A stretch of 61,373 bases of DNA, filler included, from Circinaria calcarea (lineage: Eukaryota): the NCBI GenBank assembly GCA_051942165.1. It is 3 parts of 3 records of this genome, joined end to end, with 100 filler letters (N's around TTAATTAATTAA, not from the genome) between each part and the next. Parts side by side here need not be neighbours in the genome. Positions count along the whole stretch, not along the records: positions 1 to 20,457 come from JAVECS010000177.1; 2 more parts are not named here. One strand, 5' to 3'. Of the stretch, positions 1 through 17,740 are shown one piece after another. The position numbers and the translations under genes were made by a program. Within the stretch, counting starts at the first letter, position 1, and every line of letters begins with the position of its first letter. The notes under the pieces are model-generated. The model did not search any database. It had not been told where the DNA came from and saw only the letters and a list, made by a program, of their open reading frames with translations.

Positions 1-433
1 AGTCGGAACGACTCTTCGAAGTCGGGCGCCCAGCCATGGGTCATGTGAAATCTGCGCTCAGTGCGAAAACAATCAAGCCACAGGTTTCTGCAGGATTGCC
101 ATAGTAATGTGAGATAGTACCGGCGCTCGAATGTAGAGGAAGGAAAGAGAAGAGTACAGAGCGAGGAAAAGTCAACACTACGAGTTGGCTTCTACGCTAG
201 TCCAGATCGGGTCAGGAAACCGTTAAGGACAAGTTGGCTGTACAAATCGACCAAACACTATTAATTCCCTACTCGACAAACTCTCAGACATATCCGAGAG
301 AGCATAAACCGCTTCTAGGCCTGTATCAGCCAACAGCTATAACTTCTAAACCTTCGAGGCCGGCATCAAACTACCTTATAGAGGGAAACCGCAGATCCAA
401 CGGTTGTGACCGCAAGGGAATCAAGGCATTCTA

Positions 434-3063
<2,630 letters not shown>

Positions 3064-3430
3064 GAGTGGTATTGTATCAATCTGGCGTTTGGAGAAATCA
3101 AAGTTCACATGACTGGATGCTCCTACCAGATGATATTGTCTGTTGCTCTTAAGGCTGTACGCTCTACATGTATTACCAGTAAACAGAATATCTAGACTTA
3201 GGCATAGAATGAAAACGGTAACTTGCAAACTATACAACTATTTCTTTACCCACGAGCTGGGCTCCAAGACCTTCAATAACCCATTCGTACCCTTAGCTCC
3301 AAATAGAATACGGTAGTGGCCGGACAAGCGAAGAACTTCATCCCACAAATCATCATTACGAGAGGTACAAGACACAAAATATCCAAAGCCGCTACCATTC
3401 TCTCTTTCCCTTGAAAAGTTCGTCATCACA

Positions 3431-4222
<792 letters not shown>

Positions 4223-6070
4223 GTTTGCCTTCTGAGTCGTCCTTGTACGTGAACCTGATTTGCTGCGATAAGACCTAGTTAGAGCAACAATATCAAGTCG
4301 CGCTGGCATGAGCACAGCGATGGTCATGTCCAGCTTGATGACTGATTCTCTTTTTAACCGCTATCCTTCACTTTGCCAACACTCTGGCCCTTACCCCCTT
4401 TCCCTCGAGGATCGGTTCAAGCTATGGTTCGGGCCTATTTTGGTGCAAAGGAGATGATATCCTGACAGAAGACTCACTACTCACCACGGCATCCTAACCT
4501 AATAAAGTGGTTGCAGGGGTCCATTTTCAGAAGTCTACATAAATCTAGTTCATGAAGACCTTGACTCGCATGATGGGAATCTGATGAGCGGCTGTGATCG
4601 TCACGTACCGTCACTCGAGTAGTCCTGGTGAAACGTGAAAGGATTAACGAATCAAGTACAGACAATGCCTCCGTCAGTCAGATGCCTGCGTATGGCACGT
4701 GCTACAGTCTCTTACAGTCAGTACACTTACACGGCCAGCGTTGTACTTATACGCTCCGAAGCCTAGTAATTTGGTTTAGCCAACCCGGGGTAGATTCGAT
4801 GTTTTGTATATTGAGATCAGTCCGCTTTAAAATTCGAGTAGTATGCTTAAATCCTATGATCAATCATTAGCAAACCTTCATGTCTTCAAGGGCTGAGACC
4901 CAGGTTTCTACTGTGCTCTGCTGAATAAACCGCTCGAAACGTAGCAAATATATCGGGGCGTCAGGCAAGCGGCGTATACCATGCCCCTAAGGCGCCCGCC
5001 TCCTTCAACTCCATGTACCGCTTTCGATACACAGGGTAAGGATCAGCCAGCCTGCAAGCCACTGAGTGGCACACTCCATCGGGAATTGCGGTCAATGACA
5101 AGTCGTATCATTGTCCTGGCCTTACCACCATCAAGAGCTCCCCCCCCCCAAGCCTCTCAAGCCACCAATACCAAACTGATTCGTTTCTGCCCCATCCGTA
5201 TTCCACCACGGACCAATGTCTGGCCTGCAGGCTGCTTGCATTAACAACGGCCGTTAATCAATCACATCCCTCCACTCCAAATCCCGGAGTATTCATTCCT
5301 TCGATGCCGACTCGCCAGCGGCTAGGGCGATATAAAACCCCCGTCGACACCGCAGACGGGCTTCTTGCCGGCTCTTAGCATTCGCAAGTCGTGAGGACAT
5401 GAAACGTGCATCTCACTCTACCCCTCATACCGCTCCGGGGCGGTAGTAAGCAGGGACGATACAGACTGAAGGGAATAGTCCAGCGGCGTGCGGAGCCGGT
5501 TACGAGGAAATCAGCACCACCGCTTCTTTGCATTAGACTACTACGGGTGCCCGCCCGACGAAGCTGAGAAGCACTTGGCCGCCATGCATAAGGTGACTGA
5601 TTAGCTGCAGCGCGCATCCGCCTATCGCCCTTCTGAGTAAGGTATGAACGGTGGGAGAAAAGATCATTGACTACCTAGCAAGAGAGCCAAGCTGCGTCTC
5701 TCCTCTGCCTTTGCTCATCGCTGTCATCATTCCTGTCGGCTCGTCCAGCTCGTCCAGCGTTGCGACTGCTCTTTGTTCGGCCCTGTCGACACAGTCTCTG
5801 GACGAGTCCCCGCCGCGTTCCTGACTTGCGCAGCCAGAGAATTCGACGAAGCCTCCATCCAGTCCTTGACGGTCGGAAGAATGTCATGCGTGCACATCCT
5901 CATCAGAAGTCGGAAAGGCATTGGGACGCATATCACTCGATGAGGGAGCACTTCTATATCACCAAGGCCTATTGTTGCACTCCTTTTCTGGCTAATGTTT
6001 GACGTCTGCTGCAACTTTAGCCCACCCGTCACGCACTGGGGCTAAAGATTAATCCTCTGGGCCCGCGAAA

Positions 6071-9000
6071 ATGTCTACCGGTACTGCGCAGCTTCAACCA
6101 CGCTCCCGCCAATTCTCCCCTCGGCCACATCGTTACCCTCCGAGCAGCCATCCATACGATCTCGGACTCGATTCGTCATTTCTCGGTGCACCGCGGCGTC
6201 ATGGAAACACCGACCCCCCCCCGGAAACAGAGCTGGCCAAAAGGCTTCGAAGGCCCTACCAGTATGCGTACCCATTGCAGAGCCCATCATCCATGCCTGA
6301 TCGAGCACCACTTCTACGTTCTCCCGCCTCGAGGGTAGATATGTCGGAACACATGCTTCGCAGGAAAACTCCCAGCGGGACACTTGCGGCGGGGTACGAT
6401 GGTACGCCTGTAGAATGGACGAAGCGGCCACACGCGATCAAGCATATTCTGATTCCAACTTCGGGAATGGAGGCTCCTCCACTCGACCACTTTGCCCCCG
6501 AACCTGTGCTGGACGGCTATATTGCCTCTAGTAAGCCAGCCGGTCTAGCGAATATCAATGAGCATCGAGCTTGGGCATCGAACATCAATATCGCACCGCA
6601 ATGCGAAAGCATGGGCTTCATCTCTCCAACTGGTAGAGGAAACGGTTCGGGTCAATGGAACCATAGAGCTCCTCAACCTCCTGGTCTAGACTCGATGTTA
6701 AATCAGACTCCTCTAATTCAACAGCATTACTATTCAATGGGGTTTCAGCCCGTGCCCACTGTTTTGCAACCAGTATGGCCACCAAATGTTGGTCCTACTG
6801 CCTCCAGCGAACAGGGACCGTACGGGCCATACTGGCCAAATGGTTCATTCATCCCTTATCGTCCTGCTGCTGTTCGAGACACGCGGTTTTCGCCGCTTCT
6901 GGAAGGGCGGCACATGAATAAAGTCTTTGACAATCAGACAGATATCCACAAACCGGATGTTTGGATATTTGAACCAGGTCCTAATCCCCAGATAACAAGA
7001 CGTCACATTACTGTAAGTGACGAAGATAATCATTGGTCAACAAAGAGAGGTGGTAACCACCTCTCCGATGATTTCCGTCCTCCGCGGAGCTTAGGTGCCA
7101 TGGAAGACCAAGGGCATTCCTCGGATCAAATTCGATCGGGAGCTGAACAGATTCAACTGGCACCGTTAGTTCACCGCGCAAAGCTATCCCCTGAGACAAG
7201 AGAGAATCTGAATAGAAACGATGGTCTGTGGTCTCCGGTTCCTTCGCCGTCATCATCGAGTACGTTCCAGTCAGAGCATGGGATGCCGGAAACCAAACTC
7301 CAATTCAAAGAGAAGGTTCTTGCCTGGGCTCATCGTATTTATATCAATTTACTGGCCTCGCTTCACCAGTCACGAAAGCATGCACACAGCAAGCATCAAT
7401 TTGCCGACCGACAAACACCAAACGCTTGCATTTATCCGCGGCCTCCGGGCCAGCCTTTTCCTGCGTCTCGACATAGTGGCGGTACGAGCCAAAAGATACA
7501 CTATGGCATTAGGGAATCTCACCAAGGTGGAATTGATAGTACGCTTCTTCATCAGAAATTCGCCGCGTGTATGGTGCAAGTGCCCGATGGTCAGACAGAA
7601 GATAGCGATAACTCCCCATGGCCTCGGTCAGAGCACCCGTTTTTGGATGGCGCAAAACATGTTAATGAAAATTGGCATCCGGGAGAACAGAGAATCAAGT
7701 CGAGTCGCTCGGTTCAGAAACCTTACCGCTTGGCAGAACGTGCTGAAAGGCAGCAGCATGCTTTCATGTCGCTTGCATTCGCTTCGAATACCCATGCAAA
7801 TTCTCCGTCTAGCAATGCTAGAGCTGCATTGGAGGTTCTAACTCGCCTGTGTCAAGAAAGTGATTGGCAATGGATCGATGGACTGCTGCTTGGGGGCTGC
7901 TTGGCATATGGTTTAGCAGATTATGACAAGGCACTGAAATGGTACTCTAGAGTGCTGGAGTGCGATTCCAAGTGAGTTCAGGTCAGCAGCATGTAAAACG
8001 TACTAATACGCAGTAGTAATGTGGAGGCAATATCGAATATGGCAGCTACCCTCCTTTCTCTTAACCAACGAGGTGAAGCAGAACAATACTGGCTGCGGTC
8101 TGTGAAACTTAGACCAAGTTACTTTGAGGCTGTGGAACATTTGATAGGCCTTCTTTGCGGAGATCAACGCAGCAAGGAAGCTGTGAAGATAATAGACTTT
8201 GTTGAGAGCTCGCTTCGAATTCCGTATACTAAGGCGGGTTCAACTAGACTGGATCACTTGGGAATTCTCAGAAGTGACTCTGATTGGTCTACTTGTACAC
8301 CTTTAGCTGGAGCTGTGAGATCTGAATACGATCGACAATGGAGCCATGATCTAATACCAAGCTCGACGGGGTTCGGCTCCAGCGGCTATGCGATCCCTGA
8401 ATCAGACAACGGTAGGATGCTTGCCCTGATTCATGCTAAAGGCAATATGCTCTACGCTTTAGGGGACAATCTTGGTGCTGCCAGGGCCTTCGAGGACGCC
8501 ATTCTCATCGGAGCAGGTAGGAGGGACTGCGGTATAGGGGGTTTGATCAAGCAGATTCTGCAGGTGTTCTCCGATCAGATCCATGCAACAGACCCAGATA
8601 CTGCAGGTGATATTCCTTACTCCCAGTCAATTTTGCTGTTGCCAGAGTTGGCCCTTCAAACAGCACAGCTCTGTTTCCCCACGACCGGGCAGCTACCGGG
8701 GTTGAGAGACGTTCCCGACGGATCGGCCAAGAAAGCGGCTATATCCACTACCAGCAACTCCCTGCTATCGCTTGCCAAAATATACCAAGATGGTATGTCC
8801 TCGAGCGGAGCTACGGCAGATGGACCAAAAGCATCTTCGGGAGTGCAAGATATTCTTGCGCTATACTATCTATCTCTCTCGCTTCAGCCAAGTCCATCAA
8901 CAGCCAACAACGTTGGTATTCTGCTTGCCAGTGTACAGCAATCGGCACCACATAGATGCCACGGTCTTCAATCGAGCTTCCCAACCCTAACCATCCCAGG

Positions 9001-11311
9001 TGTTGTACCGGGCAGCGGAATCGCCCTAGCTCTAGCATATTACAACTATGGTCTAAACCTTGATTCCAAGCACGCTCACCTCTACACCAATTTAGGAAGT
9101 CTTCTAAAGGATATTGGACAATTGAGCGCTGCAATTAAGATGTACGAACAAGCTGTTGCATGTGATGGCACATTTGATATTGCTTTAGCCAACCTCGCCA
9201 ATGCCGTCAAAGACCAAGGCCGAATCAGCGATGCCATAGGCTACTACAAAAGGGCAGTATCTTCAAATGCAGAATTCGCCGAAGCAGTCTGTGGTTTAGC
9301 CAATGCACTCAACTCCGTGTGTAGCTGGAAAGGCCGGGGTGGTATCATTTTCGAAGGGGCAAAGAAGGATAGGTGGCATGTGAACGAACAAGGCATGTTG
9401 TTAGACGCGAGAGTGCCTCAAGTCGTCAACTCTGGCTGGATTGGTCGTGTAGTTGCTATCGTCGAGAAACAATTGGACGACGGTCAATCATGGGGCAGGG
9501 AAGTCATCCGCAGCATTAGCTTGGAAAAGTTAGTTGCCCAGTGTGGTCTTGATTCTACTCGGAAAAGTCAAGAGGAAGATAGAAAGAAAGGTCTGGTTAT
9601 CAAAGCACTGCATGATTGGGCTGGGGAGAGTTGGGAAGGGGCAAAAGTCGTGCGGTTTGTGGAGCGTGCCACCAAACGGCTTGGATGGCAGATGTACCAG
9701 GACATGTACGTTCGGCCAGCCTGTACAGCTCGGAGAGACTACACCAGACCCCAGCTACCTCCAGCACTGGCTATCCCCAGCGCGCCAACCGTTCTGCCGT
9801 TCCACACATTCACTTGTCCCTTAACCGCGAAACAAATCCGTAAGATTTCTCAACGCAATGGACTGAGAATATCGTGCTCGACTTTACGGGCGCCATGGCT
9901 ACCTGCAAGGATATTTACTCCTCCCGCCCCTCCTAATCCATACCTTAAGGTTGGCTACGTATCATCCGACTTCAACAATCATCCTCTGGCTCATTTAATG
10001 CAGTCTGTCTTTGGATTCCATAACACAGATCGTGTCAAAGCATACTGCTATGCTACCACAGCCGGCGACCACTCCGTTCACCGAGAACAAATCCAAAAAG
10101 AGGCTCCTGTCTTCTATGACGCGTCTTCATGGGCTGTGGATCGGCTGGTCAAGCAAATCATTGATGATGGGATTCACATCTTAATAAACCTGAATGGTTA
10201 TACGCGCGGCGCACGTAACGAGGTATTTGCTGCCCGTGCCGCCCCTATCCAGATGTCGTTCATGGGATTCGCTGGTACGTTAGGTGCGGAATGGTGCGAC
10301 TACTTGTTGGCCGATACCACCGCGATACCACCGCAGACACTTCGGCCATGGAGAAGAAACGTTGACTTGGTAGACCAAACAGTTGATGACAACTACAATG
10401 ATGAGTTAGACCGCTGGATTTATGGAGAAAACATCATCTACACCAGGAATACATTTTTCTGTTGTGACCATAGGCAGAGTGCCCCGGACTCCCAAGACGC
10501 GCAGCTCACTTGGCCACTTGAGCAAAAGCGTCGGTGGAAGATGCGAAAGGAGCTTTTCCCGGATTTGTCAGACGATACTGTGATATTTGGCAATTTCAAT
10601 CAGCTCTATAAGGTAACACGCTTCGATCTAGTCTTCTGGTGTGTGTGTGTGAAAGACTAACATGTACTCTGTCAGATCGAGCCAACTACATTTAGAACAT
10701 GGCTACGGATTTTATCCCGCGTACCAAAGGCTGTTCTATGGCTACTCAGATTTCCTGATCTGGGAGAAAGCAATCTCAGAGAAACTGCGATGTTGTGGGC
10801 TGGTCCCGAGGTTGCTTCCCAGCTCGTGTTCACAGACGTTGCACCGAAACATCAACATATATCCCGAGCTAGGGTATGCGACTTGTTTCTCGACACTCCT
10901 GAATGTAACGCACATACCACAGCAGCGGACGTGCTTTGGTCCGGAACCCCACTCCTTACTTTTCCAAGGTATGAATACAAGATGTGCTCTCGGATGGCGG
11001 CGTCCATCCTAAAAGGTGCTTTGCCGGCGAATGCACCAGGCGAACGGGCTGCAGAGGACCTAATCGTGGCCAGTGACGAGGAATATGAAGAGCGAGCTGT
11101 GAGGCTGGGGAACGATTTGGCCTGCAGCTTGCATCAAGGCTCATCGGGTTCTGGGGAGGGCCGACTCACGGAGCTTCGGAAACTTCTATATGAGAGCCGC
11201 TGGACCAGCGCGCTCTTCGATACCAGGCGATGGGTGCGAGACCTTGAAGAGGCCTACGAGGAGGCATGGCGCCGATGGGTGGCGGGCGAAGGAGGCGATA
11301 TTTGGATGTGA
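6071..11311 (+). CDS. GT41 family O-GlcNAc transferase-like protein (TPR repeats plus catalytic domain)
   Basis: TPR-like repeats (HAHLYTNLGSLLKDIG, ALANLANAVKDQG) followed by GT41 motifs LKVGYVSSDFNNHPLAHLM, LINLNGYT, FGNFNQLYKI, DLFLDTPECNAHTTAADVLWSGTP. Introns ~7972-8016 and 10613-10675. Confidence 0.92.
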
Positions 11312-14300
11312 CATTCCCTTGGACGGTTCAGGCATTTGGGCGATCATTTTACTTCTTTTCTTAGGACGATCCGGATAGGCCGGGACTGGGAGTTTATCGG
11401 GAGCAAGGGAGGCAACATATCCGGACCATCATTCGGGGGACATGGTAACATCAGGGGTTCGAGCCTAGCGAAGTGCTCGCTTTGCTCGGGGGGATATAGA
11501 CTTTTTGAATGCCAAAACGTGTCGGGAGTACGGTTGGATTTGAGCTGAATGATCAGGAATCCGGTCTAAGACTGAGACTTGACCTGGACTTGGGTGAGGT
11601 AGGGCGTTTGGATGGCTGGAGTGAAGCATGATTTCAGGATGGCTACGCTCGTGATATGCTTTGGCACAATGCCGATCAAGGAATCCAGGTGACGGGTTCA
11701 GGAAGCAAGTACGGAAATGCGATTTCTGGCCGCGAGTACCTTGAGAGATCTCTGCGTGCATACGGCGATGAAAAAGCGTACTTCCCTTTCGTAACCAGCC
11801 GAGGGAGAGGAAAGGGAAAGAAGATTACAAGGCCAAGGGTGTTGTTTCTGAACCGGCATATACGGGCTTCGTTGTAGTCCCGGAAGGTCCCCAGTCGCCA
11901 GTTGCAAGTGTCACCGGGGTCTGGCATCAGGTGCAATGATCTTATCGTGCCCCCGGGGGCGATCCCGATATGGTACCGTCGGTCCTGCGAGCCTTGGCCG
12001 TCTCTTTCTCCTTTTCCTTTCTGCAGGCGCGACAAAGGAAATTAATCCCATCTCACGCAGCAGCTGCGAGGTGACTCGTTGGGGACATGGTAATCGAAGG
12101 TATAGGCATAGGTATGGGCACACTTTGTCGGAAACCGGGTTGGGCAGCCGAAGGGGTGGAAGCATCTGCCCCGGGCCCGTTGCATTAGAGGCTCGCATAT
12201 AGGCAGGCCCGCTTGGAGTGGCCGTCGGTCTCTGCAACCGAGGGCAGGGCGAGTCGGTTCTCGATCATGCGCGTAGGTATGGTAAGCCGAAGCTGCCGGT
12301 GTTGCTTTGCTTCCTGGTTATGGGGCATTTTGCTGGGGGGAAATCCCAGTGCCGATCCGGTCGGGCAGCTGGTTGAGATTGCGGGTGAGGAGAGGGTTGG
12401 TTGGATGTGAGATGCAAGATGGGGCTGCTCGATGCCTTTCCATACTTGATGCACTGTTGATCGGCTGATGGTAGGAGGAGGGAGGAGGGAGGAGGGCTTG
12501 TGTAGATTACCCGGTCGAGTCTCACTCCCAATCTGCAGCTACAGTAGGGTAAAAACGCTCATGGAGGGATTGAGGGGAGATCATCTTAGGGATCGGGGCG
12601 TCCCATGGAGTAGGATCACCGTGCATACCAGATCGAGGTCGGTTTCTGGGTGCCGGTGCACTGTAGACAGGCGGCCTTTCGACACGTGATCTGCCATGGA
12701 AACGAGTAGGTAGGCAGAGGTGGCCGGTACTACCGACTGACTTGACATTTCAAACCCCTACCAAAGCCACATCGGTCTGACGGACGGGCGCGACCGACTA
12801 CTGAGGTGACAGTGCCGGTTACCACTAGGACAGTCTCGCAATCGACCAATCTCGGTCTGCGAGACTACGACTGCTTACTTGGACGAATCACGTGAGACCT
12901 AATAATAACAATCATCACCACCATCGCCACCATAATAACATGAATAATACCGTCCGCGATGGATTGCTGGACCACACCAAACCAGGGCCATGGGTTGTCA
13001 GCGAGCCCAGAAGAGCCCCAGAAGCGCCATCGGCTGGCGGCTCCATCTGGCTGACACGAGGTAAAAGCGATCACAGATCTCAGCAAGCCGCAAGCGTAGG
13101 CCAGCGCCGGCACCTACTCAACCAGGATGGGCGTGGTAATTGCTGACGGAGAAGATGCGAGGGAGCCATGTGGCCGCCCAAACGGACGCGACGAAGACAC
13201 ACGGCCGGATCGAGGGAGCTGGGGTGGGAAAGCGATTCGAGCTGAGGAGGTGGTGCGTGCTTGGCTCCTTCAGGCAAAATCTCCGCCCCCCGGCCCAACG
13301 TTAATTTCCGTCACCCTCTCTCGCCAGAGGGAAAGCCGGCCGAGGAAATCTGTTCTCCGTTCACGATAGGGGGGGAGGCCCTAGCACCGTTATCTGCATC
13401 CAGGCACCCAGAGCCTTGGAAACGAGACCGGAAAGCCCTTTTGGGCGGCTCCCGCGCATCGATTAAACCAGGCAAATTATCGCCTTGGAGGAGTGGTGGA
13501 GGAGTCGAAATCCGGCCCGAATCCCAAGAAACAGGACAAGCTCAAGCCACCGATGCTTGGGCTCCCTTATATTCGACTTGACCACGTTGGCCTCGAGCGC
13601 CAGCATGGCTGTCGAAAGATGGTTGGAACGTGATCGACTAAGCCAATCGAGGAAGAAATTGGCGAAAAACGACTGGTAGGTGATGGGAGATTTATGCCCT
13701 GACGATGGTTCTTCTTCCAGCCCCATTCTCGGACACGTTTGCAATTACCAGGTGGTAGTCATTACCACATTTGACATTGGCAAAGAAAGGTGTAGTGGAC
13801 GGCAACCGGTCAGGTCATCTTATTGTCGAGCTGCTTTCTCGACCGCCTCGCATCGGGCTTGTCCCCAACTGTACCGCCGAGGGATGACCAGCCCCTTTCC
13901 GGGCATTCTTCGCGGGCGCAAGAATACGAAGTACACGAAGACAGGAGGGGAGGACTTGGGGTAGGATGGGAAACAGTCATCGTGACCACGGACACCCGTG
14001 GCGCTATGAGAGATTTGCGCAAGTCGACAGGAAGCTCCCTCTACGATTTCCGGGCCATCTCTTCAGAGGGAATGTCTACCCAGTGGCTCATTGCTACGTC
14101 CCATGGAGGATGTGTGCGAGTTATGAAGGTGGTGGTGCCGTTAGAGTCCGGTTGCGGCACTTGGGACATGTGCGAGCTGGCTGGCCTATGCTTTGGCGAC
14201 TAGACGGCGATCATCCCCAACGTTGCCTGTGCACGCTCGGCAGGCTGATCCGGATACTTGGAAAGTGACTGGTGGCACCGAAGGAGGGTTGCATGCTTTG

Positions 14301-17300
14301 CAGCCTGATTGGCTTGTCTCATCGGCTCCTTGGTCCCTCCTCAACGGTCGCGCTGCTCATCTTCGCCCCCGTCCGCGAATCACCGTCTTGGTCGAGTGCG
14401 CACTCCCGGCTAGTGTTAGCGCTGTCATTGGGGTAATCCGACACGATGACCGTTTGCGCGAGAAGCGCATCAATGGATCCCAACTCATGTGGTCGCAGGC
14501 CGCCTCCTGGTTGGCAGTGGAAGGGGCTGGCTAATCTCTTCGCCCAACGTGGCCGGCAGGCATTCCATCTCGATCGACCCAAACAGACGACAGTATCTTG
14601 CAGGTCCGCATGCACCATCGACCCACTGCAAGGGAACCAACCATGGAGCTACAGGTTACGGAGTACGGGGAGGGTCAACCGTCTTGTTCGGTTTCACAAG
14701 CGATGAGGGACAGATGCAGGCAATGATTTGGAATCGCCAGCATCGGCATGCCTATCCTACCCCTCTCGTAGCCATACCCAATGCCCCTGCGCGTCCTGCA
14801 TCAGCAACAGCAGCTACCTTAGGTACTTGCTTAGGTAGCTTCACTGGATAAGGGGGCAGCATGGCGGGACTTGGTCCGTGAGCAGTCATTGGCTTGAGGC
14901 TCGTACCCGGGTAATAAGCGGCGATTACGATTATGCGACCATTCCCCGTTGGTTGGCTACTAAAAGCCTGGGTCGGATCTGTCGATAAACGAAGGAGCAG
15001 ATCTTGACGCTTGACGCCAAAAGTTTAAAAAGATGAGCCTCGCCTGCTGTCTGGTCTGCCTGATCCTGTTGGCTTGTGCAACTGCAATGCGTGCAGGGCT
15101 CGGCAGCTGGAGAGGAGTCGCCAAACGGGACTGTGGGAGGATCGACCACTTAATCTTGAGAAACCCTTGTCGCTTGTGTGCCGCTAGTGATTCCGATCAT
15201 GCAGCAAGGGGGTGAAATCTACAAGGGCAAATGCAGGAGGTGTTGAATGGATGATGGCTACACCGGTCGCGAGTTCGCACATGCTCGGTCGAGCGAGCAG
15301 ACGTCGCTAGTAGCCCTTTTCCGTTGAAGTCAGGACAGGAACGATGCGAGCTAGGGCAATCAATCTGGCTACGGCCGTAGAAGCTGGGGTAACTGTTATG
15401 AATGACAACGGCTTTTATGCATGCCTACAATTGGATTCTGCGCGCAGCACCAGTCCATGAAAAGCCCTTGACGCCGCCCGTCAATCTCCACCAAGTCCCC
15501 CAATGCTGCAGATTATTGATTTGATCTGATCGGCGCATTGCGATACAGCTGAGAGCTACAAACAGTTTACCTCCGGACCAGGATGTAGGTCCATCAGGAC
15601 GGTTCTGATGGCAGTCGTTGATTTTGAGGAGCCATGGGGGCAGATTATCCAGTGGGCGAAAGGTACATGTACGGTATGACGCAACGATGCTGTGTCAGGG
15701 ATGCGGCTTCAAATGGTTCCTGAATCGAAACACTTGACGCTCTTCATCCTAGTCCTTTCTTTACCCACGCTCATGTTCTCTGCAAATGGGGACATTGGGC
15801 GAATTATGTAGGTATCAAGGCGATCAGCTCCTTGCCAGGCGTGAATATCATTTGCCCCAAGGTACGATCACCGATCGGTTATCCCGGGCCAGGGGCTGCA
15901 TCATCTCCTTTTTGTTTTATTACCGCGGCTAGTATGTACCAGCATGGCCGGCATCAGCATCAGCATGAGCATATACCAGCAACAGGGTTGAAGCCCGCCT
16001 TTGAAGTAGCCTGTAGACCCATCACTTCATTCTCCGAGCTTGAGCGAGTGCGATCTACTAGAAGGGTCGACATCATACATCCATACGAGTCATCGTAGCA
16101 TCGAATTCTGACACGCAAACGATCCGAGTCGGTAGTAGGTGAAGAATGGCGATGAAGTTGCGACAGGGGAAGGGAGTACATGCATGGACGGCAAGCATCG
16201 ATTTCAAATCACAAGCCGAGTACGGAATAGGGTGTTCAGATAACCGATAGCCTACCGCCTTCTTGTTTGACTTTGACCGTTATCCTAATCCTTGGGCTTG
16301 CCCCATCAACCTCATCATCAATCATCATTCACGATTAACATCCGGCCTATTCGTGCTTAACCTCTACCGCCAGCCGCGGGCCCTCGGCCTAACCGCCTTG
16401 GACGTCCATTTGACTTTGTCCTTTCCACTGTCGGTCCCGCTAAGCTTACTTGGGCCTTGGCTGAAGCTACTCGGCCGCTTTAGGATGGGATAGCGAGGGC
16501 GAGGTGGACGCTTTGCGCTCCTTCAGCTCTCGGACCAGCAAATGGCGTCGAGGGCATAGGGACGAAGAGCGACTGCCAGCTGTCAATCAAGACTAGTGGG
16601 AGATGTTGTCGACAGAAGTAAGGTGAAGGAGCTTTGGCACGGACGACCTCTTGGGCTGTGTATGACGGTAACGCGGCAACGGTCGCGCCAAGGGTGCGAC
16701 CCGACAATGATATGAACCAAACAATAGTTCGCGTCGGACGACTGGACACGCAGGCTAAAGAAGATGACGGCCGATTGCTGGGAGCGTGGTGGAGCTGACG
16801 CCGAGATGGGTTCGGCTTTCCTTTTGCTTTGCTCTGCTGTGTTCGAGTATCGGCCAAATCTGCCAACCAGGAAAGCCAATCCTGGGCCGTACATCGGCCA
16901 TGCATGGACTAAAAGGCCTATCCTTGAATCATCCGTATCCTATCCAATATGATGGTTTTTAGCGACGAGAAACATGCACGATCGATCATGTACCCTAATT
17001 GCGGCCGGCCGCTTCCCCTGGTTGCGCCGTAAGATTGACCTTCCGACTTCTACTCGCCGGTGTTTGAGACTGTCGCTCTCGCGGGGCTTGGCCATGCTGT
17101 CCGGAAGTGTTGTCGGTACGACAGGTAGATAGGTAAACTATCATGCGCGCGCACACGTCCGGCTGGCGGAGGAGAGAGGGACACGGGCTGCCGGTTCACC
17201 ATTCTCGAGTGTGCGTGATGGCATTTAGCCTCCACGGGGCTGCTGTATCTCGGACGCCACCGGTGCATCATCGTCACCACCCACCCCTTCCACAAATTCC

Positions 17301-17436
17301 AGCACTCTGGCACGCCAATAGCAGCGGGCAAGCTAGCATCGTGGACGAGGGTGTCTAGCCCGGCGCTACCATTCCATGGAAGAGATGCGGCCCCACCCTA
17401 AATCCTAGATTTCCCCAAGACACCCCCCAAGCCCAA

Positions 17437-17740
17437 GCACGAGCACGAGCACGAGCACACCCAAGGAACTGCAGAACAGCTAGTCAACACCAGACACCGG
17501 CCAAGACACTACCGACGACCCTGGATCAGGAAACAGATATAGATCACCATGGGTAGGGGCTGGTACGGTATTGGCATTGGCATTGGTATTGGTATTGGTA
17601 TTGGTATGGGATATGGGACTGCGACTTGGGGACTTTGTCCGGGTGTGTGCCCACTACCAGCCCAGCACTTCCCACTACCACCATGACCACGGCGGCCACC
17701 ACCACTGCCACCACCACCACCACCACTTCTGTTGCTGCTG
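17437..17740. repeat. Cluster of simple repeats: (GCACGA)n, (GGTATT/GGCATT)n, (CCA)n, short (CTG)n
   Basis: Directly visible tandem units at about 17437-17458, 17567-17607 and 17672-17740, upstream of flbD. Confidence 0.85.

Noticed and set aside
5455..5485. CAGACTG...TAGTCC resembling group I intron P7 elements
   Set aside because: The elements are too close together, no other core helices are visible, and it is not in an rRNA context.
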